Source: Chiloscyllium plagiosum
Taxonomy: Eukaryota
Direction: 5' to 3'
Assembly (NCBI RefSeq): GCF_004010195.1
Contig: NC_057731.1
Span: 9,840,273-9,904,272, forward strand
Length of the DNA stretch: 64,000 bases
How positions within the stretch are numbered: position 1 is the stretch's first letter; every line of letters starts with the position of its first letter. The translations under genes and the position numbers were made by a program. The notes beneath the pieces are model-generated. The model saw only the letters and a program-made list of their open reading frames with translations. It did no database searches and had not been told where the DNA came from. This document shows positions 53,380 to 64,000 of the stretch, piece by piece.

Positions 53380-54850
53380 GAGAAGCTAGTATGATAGTTG
53401 TTGCGTTAGTTTTAATTTTCCAAAATGTGTTAGGTTCAGAGAAGATTCCTTTATAATTGAAATAGTTATTGCAACTCCTTTACTCAAAAAGGGAGAAAGC
53501 AGAAAGCAAGAAACTGCAAACTAATTATCATCTAATTATCAGTTTATCATCTGTCAAAGGAAAAGTGTTAGAAACTATTCTTAGAATCAGGATAACTGGG
53601 CACTCAGATAAATTCCGGTAATCTGGCATCGCCAACCTGGTTTTGTCAGAGTTAAATCAACTAATTTGTTAGAGTTCTTTGAAGAAGTAACTTGAACTGA
53701 GGATAAAAGAGAACCAGTGGATGCATTGTACTTAGATTTTCAGAAGACACTTGATAAGGTGTCACATCAATGTTATTGTTTTGGGGAAACATATTGGTAC
53801 GGATAGGAGATTGGCTGGTTAACAGGAAGCAGAATGTATCAGGTTGGCAGGATGTCATCAGTTGTCATCAGGGTCAGTGCTGGGGCCCCAACTCTTTACA
53901 ATTTTGACAAGAGACTTGAATAAAGGAATCAAAGGTATGGTAGCTGAATTTACCAATGGCACAAAGATAGGCAGGAAAGTGAGTTGTAAAGAGGACATAT
54001 GAAGCAAACAAAAGAATAGAGACAGGTTAAATGAATGATGAAGGCCTTGTAAAGGGAGTATAATGTAGGAAAGGGTGAAATTCTCAATTATGGCAGAAAG
54101 GAAAAATGTGTATTACTTAAATGTTGAGAGCTAGCAGAGACTTGATTTGAGAGTGATCTGAGTATCCTATTGCATGGAGCACATTTTGTTAGTGCGCACG
54201 TAGAATCAGGGAAGCTAACCTTATGTTTAATTGTGAGGGGATTGACTGTCACTGTAGAGAGGTCATGCTTCAGTTACACAGGACATTGTTGAGACTGTAT
54301 CTGCAGCAGTGTGCATAGTATTGGTCACCAAGCATACAGAAGGATGTTAACACATTGAAAGCACTTTAGACAAGGTTTACTTGATGACTGCCCAGAATGA
54401 GTGGATTGCTTTATGAGGAAAGGCTAGACAGACTGGCCTTGTCTCGTCTGGAGTTTAGAATAGTCAGAGCCGACTTAATTGAAACACAAAATCCTGAGGG
54501 GATACGATCGGGTGGAGGTAGAAAGGATGTTTCCTCTTTTGGAAGCATCTAGAATTAGAAGTCATTATTTAAAAGTAAGAGTCATCTATTTATGACAGAG
54601 ATAAGGAAATAAATATTCTCTCAGAAGATTGAAAGTCTTTGAATTCCCTTCCTCAAAAGACAGGGGATGCAGAATCTTTAAATACTTTTAAGGCAGAGAT
54701 AAATAGATCCTTGATTATCAATGGCATGAAAGATTATCTGGGATGTGCAGGAATGTAAAGTTGAGGTTGAAAATAGATTATCCATGATATTATTGAATAA
54801 ACTCAAAGGAACAAGAGGCCTACTCTTATCTCGTGCTCATATGTTTGTAT
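53380..54850 (+). mobile_element. Old CR1 LINE (RT to tail)
   Basis: tacttagattttcagaagacacttgataag (YLDFQK..DK), cagggtcagtgctggggcc (QGSVLG), CR1 3' region. Confidence 0.85.
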
Positions 54851-55323
54851 CACAGCAAAAGCCAAGAAATAGATACATTAGTTGTAATAAATCAAGAAGG
54901 TATTCTCTTCTCAAAGTGAGTAACTGAAAGAAACAATTATGTTTTTTCACAATATAGCTTGGTCTGTCCAGTCCAGGGAGCTCCTTTAGCAGTGAGGCTG
55001 AGCTGACATGAAACAATGTCTGTCATGATGAATACAGTCTGCTACCTCACCAAGAACATAACTTAGAAACCAGCCTTCGTGTATCCATAGTTAGGGCTGA
55101 TAAGAAGAAGCCTCATGACCAGCATACTTAAACAAACTGTCAAAAAGATGGTAAAAGCTATTTACACCAGAGCTTTGGAATCTGTAGCTAGGTGTCTTTG
55201 CATCTAAAATGGCGCCATGAGTGGCATCCTGTAAACTTTCCACTGTACTCATTTGAGTATAGGTGACAATAAAGTTAATTCAATTCAAACCTTCTCTTTC
55301 ATTAGATATAATTACATGATTAT

Positions 55324-55645
55324 GGGTGGGCATAGTAGCTCAGTGGTTTGCACTGCTGACTCACACTGCCAGGGACTAGATCTTGATTCCACCCTGGGAT
55401 GACTGTCTGTGCAGAGTTTTCACATTCTCCCCATGTTTGCATCCGATTTCCTCCTACAGTCCAAAGATGTGCATGTTAGGTGGATTGGCCATGCTAAATT
55501 GCCAATAGTGTCTTGGGATGTGTAGCTTAGGTAGATCAGCCATGCAAAATGCAGGGTTACAGGGGTGTGGTAGATCTGGGCCCGATGCTCTACAAAGGGT
55601 TGATGTGGACTCAATGGTCTGCTTCACACAGTAGGGATTCTATTC
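55324..55645 (+). mobile_element. HE1-like V-SINE (diverged)
   Basis: tagctcagtggtttgcactgctg...ttggccatgctaaattgcc...tagggattcta. Confidence 0.85.
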
Positions 55646-57216
55646 CATTCAGTCATTTCATGCAGCAAGATAACAGAGTTGGAGATACAGGAGTTGGGAA
55701 CCTCCAATAAATGGAGAATTAAATGATTAATTTACATTAAAAATAATTGACATGGGGTTTACCAGCTACTTAAAAATATATAAAAAGGACAGTTGTGAGT
55801 AGGAGTTTTAGACATACAAGGGAGGGTTCTTGAGGTGGATCCATTCGAGTCACTGCTTAACATTTCAGCCAACTTAAGAGGAAGACTTCATGGTCACAGA
55901 GTCTGAATGATCGAATTGTTCAGCCTCATAATTAGTTCATCCAATCTGTAATCAGTAAACCTTCCAACCTATATTTACTCTGCCTACTCTGTTCATGTGA
56001 CATTTAAAACTGACACTCTTTAGTAAAAAAACTGCCTTAAACTATCAGCAACATCTCAAACTCTCTGCTTGTTCTGTGATCTTTGTACTACAAAGACAAG
56101 ATTTGATCAAAGAGGGACAATCTGAAAAGAGAGAACTACTAAGAATGTTGGTTAACATGGCCATCAGGACAGAAAATTAGGTGATTAGTAGAGCTAATAT
56201 GGTCAAGGAAACAGAGCAGAGTTTGGGGAATACTGAGATAGGGACAGAAACAGTTCAGAGAAGCACATCGAGAGATAAAAGGAACAAGAGAAAAATGAAC
56301 TCGAGTTTAGGTTTAGGGAAAGGGATGGCTCAGAGAAAGATTGAAATAAAAACAGAAAGTGCTGCAGGAACTCTGCAAGTCTGGCAGCATCTATGGTGAA
56401 GGACACAATACACTCATATTGGGTCCAATATGAATCTTCTTCAGGACACTGTTTATTTCCGGTTTACAACATCTGCAATTTACTTTAAAAAGAGGGAGAT
56501 AGATCTAGCTGACTAGGGAAGTGAAAGAGCTAGTTAAAGCAAGTGACCGGATGTTCTCAATCTTTGTGACAAAGATTTTCATGAGCATTTCATGCTTCAG
56601 AAGGTCAGGAACACACCAATAATATTATGGAGAGTTATTATCTGTAAACATACCATTATTATCATTCCTATTTTGAAGCTGTGACTGTTTATAATTCAAT
56701 GATGTCTTAAGGTAATAACAATGTCAAAACTTAGATGAATTATGTACTTGAAACTCAATGTTATTTTCAGGAGACTTTTTAATAGAAATGAAAAATAAAA
56801 TACTGACACAAAAATTTATGCTGTTCTAAAAAGTATATTTGAAATTTGTAGTCATGTCAACTGTATACATGAATTTTATTTCAAAGCACAATCATTCTCA
56901 AATAAATGTGTCAGTTAAAATTGTTCCAGAAAAAAAATGTTTGTACTTTAAGAACTCCATTCACTGCTGTACTTATTTTCTGCCATCAGGAATTGCTTTA
57001 TTTGGCATTACTTTTTAGTTACTTACAAAAGCATATTTTGTCAAAAGTGAATGTCTCTGAAACTATTAAGCAACAATTTAACATCAATTGTTGTTGTCGG
57101 ACCAACTACACTTAAAAGTAATCTCACATGTCAGAATATCCCAATTTACTAAATAGCATGTAGTTGTTAAGGTGAATATATGCTGAATAATTGAAATTCT
57201 TCAAATAAATACTTAC

Positions 57217-57327
57217 GTTGGCTTGAACAATGACATAGTAACGTGTTTTTTCTTCATAATTTAACCTTCTCCTTAAAACTACAGCTCCTGACAAGGTGAG
57301 CGGGATGTCAAATGTCTGACTGGATTC
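57217..57327 (-). CDS. PCDH15: Protocadherin-15 coding exon (human exon 7 equivalent, EC2), 111 nt
   Basis: ...ttgttcatag | [37 protein letters not shown] | gtaagt. Matches human [37 protein letters not shown] in length and sequence; phase 0/0. Confidence 0.97.
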
Positions 57328-57569
57328 CTATGAACAAAAATGGTTCAACATTTTTAGTTTTCCTGGTTAAATATAATTCAGGGAACTAACAAAAGATTAG
57401 TTCAATGTAATTGGTAGAAAGAATAAAAGAGAAGCATATTATCTAAATGGTGAGAGATTGCAGAGCTCTAAAATACAGAGGGAATTGGGTGTTCTACTGC
57501 CTGAACTGCAAAAGCCTTGATTGCAGGTACAGGAAAGCTAATAGAATGTTATCATTTATTGTTAAAAAT

Positions 57570-58685
57570 TGCACAACACCAGGTTATAGTCCAACAGGTT
57601 TATTTGCAAGTACAAGCTTTCAGAGCACTCGTCCTTCATCAGGTAGTTGATGGGGCAGGATCACAGGACACAGAATTTATAGTAAAAGGTCAAAATGTCA
57701 TGGAACTGATACAATGTATTGAACAAACCTAGATTGCCATTAAGTCTTTAATCACTTAGAATGGGGATTCAGGTTTCAATTGATTAATATGTAAAGCCAC
57801 AAAACTTCTTTCAAGTCATAGTCCAGAGGCAACTTAAAGTTTTATCAGTGTAAGAAAAAAGTGACATCTCAGTTTAGACAATACATTAAAGGTGCGAGGT
57901 TAGAGACTGTCTGTATCACAACCTTGAGTCACACTGGTTCTATTTTCAAAGTAGGAATTTATAAAAGACCACATGGAATGTGGTATGGTGGCTCAGTGGT
58001 TAGCACTGCTGCTTTACAGTGCCAGGGACCGGGGTTCAATTCCAGGCTTCAGCGACTGTCTGTGTGGAGTTTGCACATTCTTCCTGTGTCTGGGTGCTCT
58101 GGTTTCCTCCCACAATCCAAAGATGCACAGGTTAGGTCAATTGACCATTGTAAATTGCCCATAGCAATCAGGGATGTGTAGAGTAGTGTAATAGGTCTGG
58201 GAGGGTCAGAGTGGACTTGTTGGACCAAATGGCCTGTTTCCACACTGTAGGAAGTTAATGAAGATAACTGACTGCTGACAGATTGTATACTTTTTGAACA
58301 AAATAGAATGAATCTGCAAATGCAAATTCACCCCATGGACCTATATGTGTGTGTGTGTGTGTGTGGTGCATGTGTGTGTGTATGTATGTGTTCAACCAGG
58401 ATCTTGGGTTCATGTCACACTCCAGGTGACCCCACTACACTATACATGCTCACACATACACACACACTCTTACACATGATCATACTCACACAGAGCCTCT
58501 CTCATACACGTACTCTCTCTCTCTCTCTCTTTCACATACACATACACACACTCTCATGTGCCACCCTCTCACAGGCACACACACACAAAACATGCATGCA
58601 CACACACATATAAGTCTACTGGGTTAATTTGCATTTGCAGGTACAAATTTATTCAAAAGCACAGGCAGTCAGCCATGTGACATTT
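57570..58685. mobile_element. Penelope-like inverted insertion with (TG)n/(CA)n tracts, inside an old CR1 (about 57400-57565 and 58700-59140), containing an HE1-like SINE (about 57978-58252)
   Basis: Minus-strand hammerhead remnant ACCTGATGAAGGACGAGTGCTCTGAAAGCTT (57614-57644); NQDLGFMSH at about 58394-58420 resembles the PLE ORF end GLNRDLGFMSHY; inverted arms about 58290-58390 and 58590-58660. Confidence 0.75.
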
Positions 58686-60699
58686 TAAGAACAAAGTAAA
58701 TATATTCGGAAGCAGTTCAGAGTAGACATACCAGACTAAAATGTTATGAAGAAAGTTTGAGTTTAGAAGAGTAAAAGATGATTATTGAAACAAAAGATCC
58801 TGAAAGGGCTTGAGAAAGTAGAAGTGGAGGATCAAGAAATAGGTGTCATTGTTTAAAAATAAAGAGTGGCCTATTTAAAACCAAAATGAGGCACTTTTTT
58901 TCTCACAGAGGGTTGTGAGAGTTGGAGAGTATTTTCCTGAACAGGTGATCGAAGCAGAGTTCTTGAATTTTTTTTAAGGCAGAGGATAGACATATTCTTG
59001 GTAAGCACGGGGAAGATAAATTGTTGGGATACGTGCAAATGAGGATTTAAGGTTATAATAAAATCTGCCATTGTCTCTTTGAATGGCAGTTAGCCCAAGA
59101 GGCTAAATGCTTTCCTTCTGCTCCTTGTTCATGTGTCTATATTTTACTTGAACCTTTTGCAAAATATAATTCTATCTCTTCATAGCATAGGAAAACAGAA
59201 GTATTTTTTCTATTATCATTCAATTATACATTAGGTAACTGTAAATACAACATGCTATCAACATAGTATCAAGAGTAACTTTTTCATAAACTATTGCATA
59301 GATTAACTGCCTGGTCAGCAACCTCCCAAATGGAATACAGACATTTACTACAATTAACTAATTTAAAATATTGCTTAAAACATCAAGTTATATTTAAGAT
59401 CAAGATACTGAACATGTTACATCATAATGATTGAGTTAGATTACTTACAGTGTGGAAACAGGCCCTTTGGCCCAACCCACCCATACCCATTTCATACATT
59501 TACCCCTTCACCTAACACTACGGGCAATTTAGCTCTTTACTTAATTTGGGATGAACTGCAGCCAGATTTAAAATTATATTAAAAATTGTGCATCTTTATT
59601 AGTGATTAAAATGAATGGAAGCAACAAAATTCCAAAAGCAGGAATTGCTTTATTTGGCATAAACAACTGCCATATTTTATTCTGTTATGCTGGTTCTTTG
59701 GTAAGAATATCATTCACTGGGTTAATAAAAGAAAGAACTGCAAATTCTGGAGACCTGAAACACACAAACAGAAAATGCTGGAGACATTCAGCAAGTCTGG
59801 CAGCATCTGTCGAGAGAATGCACAGTTAATGTTTCAAGAGTCTGTAAAAGGGTCACTGGACTCAAAATATTAACTCTGTTTTATTCTACAAATGCTGCCA
59901 GACCTGTTGAGTTGCTCGATCAATTTCTGTTGTTGTCTGTATCATTTATTGGGGTTGCATTGAAAGGAAAATCATACTATCATAAGATTTAAAAACAAAA
60001 ACTGAAGGGCTGATGAAAAGCTTTTGAAGGTAAACACTGGGATTTTCTTGGGCTTTCACATGGGTGTCTACTGTAATTTCAAATCAGATCAACAGACACC
60101 ATTTTTATGCTTTCTCGCTGTGTTCATTGCTATGTTATTGCAGGCAAACTGGGAAAGTCCCGAGATGAAGGTCATCAAATGCGGGTGTTTTTTTTTGGAT
60201 CTCTGCTTCAGATTCTCTTGGTAGCTAGGAACTATTTTGGAATATGATCCTTGCAGACTTCACTGAACCTTATGGCAAAAAAAGAGTGACCATTTCATAC
60301 ATCATGCCTATACCACTTCTTTGAATAACTTATCCAATTAGTGTGTGTTCTCCATTCATTTCTCAAAGGCCTGCAATGTTTCACTTTTCAAAGATACATC
60401 AAATTCACTTTGAAAAGTGACTACTGAATCTGTTTCTACCAAGTTATCAAATATCTAAGATTATAAGAATTTTCTGGGTTAACAGAAGGTCTCTTCTTTT
60501 CTGTTTTGGCTCTTTTGCCAATTGTTATAAATCTCCATTGGCCCTCCTACCAGTGGAAATCATTTTTCTCCATCTACTTCATTAAAACTACTCATAACTT
60601 TAAATGCCTTTATCAAATTCTCCCTCAACGTTTTAGTAGGCTGGGGAGAACAACCCCAGTCCCTCCTCTTTTCACACAATTGAAGTCAGCAACCTCCGA

Positions 60700-60960
60700 C
60701 ACACTGCAGCAACTCACCAGCGCTTCGCTAGCAGCACCTTCGAAACCTGTGAGCTCTCTTTGTGGAGGAACAAGTGTGGCAGATGTATGGCAACACCACC
60801 CCTGCAGGTTTCCCTCAAAAGGCAAGAGGAGACTGTCCTGATAAGGAATTATATTGCTATTCCTTCACCGTCACTGGGTCGAAAACTTGCCTCAGCACTA
60901 CCATCTCTAGAGCAATTTAGATTGGGCAATAAATGTCTGATATTTTGATGTTGACATACT
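60700..60960 (+). mobile_element. 3' end of LINE family 2
   Basis: Similar to 21700-21830 and ends gcaatttagattgggcaataaatg, the tail shared with SINE family 2. Confidence 0.6.
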
Positions 60961-61021
60961 ATGAACATGTAAAAATAAGCCTCCTGCATATTTTCTCTGA
61001 TTTCTATTCTTCCTATAGTCT

Positions 61022-61283
61022 TAGAACATAGAACATAGAAGAATACAGCGCAGTACAGGCCCTTCGGCCCTCAATGTTGCGCCGATCCAAGCCCACCTAA
61101 CCTACACTAGCCCACTATCCTCCATATGCCTATCCAATGCCCGCTTAAATGCCCATAATGAGGGAGAGTCCACCACTGCTACTGGCAGGGCATTCCATGA
61201 ACTCACGACTCGCTGAGTAAAGAACCTACCCCTAACATCTGTCCTATATCTACCCACCCTTAATTTAAAGCTATGCCCCCTTG
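61022..61283 (-). mobile_element. Young CR1 3' end (CpG-rich)
   Basis: (tagaaca)n tail and caggcccttcggccc hairpin region; same tail as at 31170. Confidence 0.9.
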
Positions 61284-62085
61284 CCTGGAACTAGACACCA
61301 ATACATCAGCTGATGCCTAAGCTTTGATTTATAAAGGTTTACAGTTATTGTAGAATTGTATCTGTGATTGTAACCTTCATAATTGGCCTGCATTTCTTCT
61401 CGTCTTTTTTTTCCAGAGTGTATGACCAAAAGCATTAACCATTTTACACAGCCATGTGTGAATTGCAACTCAATTGGGTCAACCTCTGTGTGTCATGGAT
61501 TCAAACTCTAAAGTAGTCTCTTTACAGTATACCTTAAAGGGAGCATTGTCACTGACCCCACCAGAATATGTGGGAGCAGCAAGAAAGCCTATTCAATTGC
61601 TTGGTGCCAATGTGACCCTGTGGCAGTAGGACAGCACCCAGTGATCTGAGCTACCCTTGCCATGGAAAGCCCTAGATTGTGGATATTTGAGGTTGGTGGT
61701 AGAAATGTTAGTGAACATCTCTGTTGGAAAAGCCAATATCCTGTTTTGTTTATCCTGACCTCTGCCTCAAACTGTGGAACATGGATCTGCCCTGGACCCA
61801 TCTCACCCACCTGATGCATAGGAGGCCATTATGACTCAAGTCAATCAGTAGATTAAAATGTACACAGGTTTCTGTAAAGCTGAGGAAACAGCAACTTGTC
61901 ATGTGAGAAGACCCTGCCCTCAAATCTGCCTCATCTGCATTAACGTCTTAATTGATGGGTATAGATTCTGCCTTTTTAAAAACTCACTGGAAACTCTAAT
62001 TTGTGTCCAGAATGCATGGAAATTTGTCCCCAGTGTGATGTTGCTCAACTTATGATCAGATATCTAACTTCAGCTGCTGCTGTTA

Positions 62086-62244
<159 letters not shown>

Positions 62245-62637
62245 CTAGAAATAAAGGAAAGGAACAAAAAACATTGCAACATTAACATTCACATTCACAT
62301 GAAATGTATTGTGTAAAACACTTTCTGATAAAACAAAATATGAACAGAGAACATTGTGAGGCAAGAACACTCTCACCAGATTCTTTTTCTGTTTTGCAGA
62401 TAAATAATTCAGTCAAGTGATATTTATGGTACCCAGTCCACCATGGCTTTAAGTCACTTAACTTACACAATCTTCCATTTTTCATCTGTTTAGTTTTGCA
62501 ATCAGGCTGTAGCATTCTCTTCCTGGGAATTCTGGAAACCACAAAGGAGAAAGTGCTTTCTACTGCCAACACCTTTGTGCCTCTGATACTTAAGTACAGC
62601 TGCACGCTGCTTCAAATCTCAAATCTCGATGATCAAG

Positions 62638-62830
62638 ACATGGCAGAGAGAGAAGGTAGATTCACTTTCGACTTTGTAGATAGGTACCTGGAGATTTTGG
62701 TAGATGGCTATCCAATTTCCAAACAATCATTACAGGAGACTACATACCAGACTCAACCAGCCTGATCATGAATTATACACTTTTCCAGTGCTGTTTTCCA
62801 GGTAAACAGGAACACCCAGTAGTGTAGAGT
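62638..62830 (+). pseudogene. Possible Harbinger Myb/SANT-like accessory gene remnant
   Basis: MAEREGRFTFDFVDRYLEILVDG resembles the N-terminal F.D..LE.LVD.V of Harbinger Myb-like proteins; heavily decayed. Confidence 0.45.
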
Positions 62831-64000
62831 TAAAGTCAATCATCTCTGTGGTCTACAAGCCTAAGTGCTACCATCCTCTCTCTACTACCTCTCCCTCACA
62901 GGTCCAGCACTCACTCTAACTTTGTCACTGGACTTCTATCTCACGAAGGCTCATGGGCTACAACTCTCACTATTACATGCATCATATCCATGCAACGCCT
63001 CTCTCACAATTCCTGATCAGGCCTACATGTGACTCCACACCCACAGCAACATGGTTGACTCTTCGCAACTAGGTATGGACAACAGTAACTTCCACAACCC
63101 ATGAAAAATTGTATTTCATTTCCCCAAACTCCTAGACTTCCTGCATTGAGTGCTTCCTGCTCACTCACTCACTGGGATCACCTCACCACCTATCTGGACA
63201 TGTGTCAATAAGTCACTCTTTCTGACATTTCCATATGTTTAAACTCTCCTTCTGTCTCAATGCAGGAAATATTGCTCAATATTTGAGAGGTCTGTGTGGC
63301 CCAAGGAGTGTGGTGGGTTGGGGTGTTGGGATGTTGCAGGGAGTATAAGGGTGGACATCAGGATCTCCACTCCTAGCAAGGATAATGTAGTCAATCCAGC
63401 AAGAAAAGAGCATGGCCATGTAAATGGTGACAGGAAGACCTTAATGGGTAACCAAATCAAAAGGTTTCACTGTGTTTTGTTGTTCATTCTTTACCACCAG
63501 AATTAACTAATTCTTAATGTGCACAAGTTTTTATGTATTTTCTACAAATAATTCCATATCATCTCTTTTGCAGCATTAGTGGCATCCAGCAAACTTTCAC
63601 CAGGGAGAGGCCCATATTTTTGTCCCTCAGCTCCACCTGCGAGGAGGAAACTAGTGAAACCTCAGAGGATGGGCTGAAAGCCTTCACCTGCACCCTCCAC
63701 CAATTTAGACTTGTCGCTCAGTGGTTATTCTTTATAGATTACACATGGGAGTACAACCTTAGAAGCACATTACTGGCTCCTTCACAGCTGGTTGAAGAAG
63801 AAACGCCTGAGGTCATTGGCACTCAACTGCACCAGTCCGGCTGAGGGAAAGTAGTGAATACCTGCCCGTAGCCTGATTTTTTTTAAACAGCAGTCACATG
63901 CACGGGGCATCAGGGATATTTGTCAGAGGTAATTTGTAAATTGGATCAAAGGATAGAGAAGTCCACCAAATTTATCAGTATTGTGTTTATTGTGGCAAGT

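Overview
Eukaryotic, repeat-rich vertebrate DNA. The repeat complement (HE1-like V-SINEs sharing a tail with HER1/CR1 LINEs, SacSINE1-like DeuSINEs) points to a shark or other elasmobranch; this is an inference. The only host gene I can support is protocadherin-15 (PCDH15) on the minus strand: three phase-0 coding exons at 62125-62244, 57217-57327 and 51310-51480, equivalent to human exons 6, 7 and 8 (EC2 and the start of EC3). I found no further PCDH15 exon in 1-51309, so that stretch is probably one intron of more than 51 kb. The rest is CR1 LINE fragments, a second apparently ORF1-less LINE with a tRNA-like head plus its bipartite SINE, L2, many Penelope-derived fold-back insertions with minimal hammerhead ribozyme motifs, decayed Harbinger genes, a solo LTR, a pogo/Tigger-type TIR element with unexplained cargo, an 84-bp higher-order satellite and two local duplications. 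Exon, TSD and ribozyme coordinates were counted base by base; most repeat boundaries are approximate (tens of bp). Family names and human residue numbers are from recognition and memory, not from a database search.
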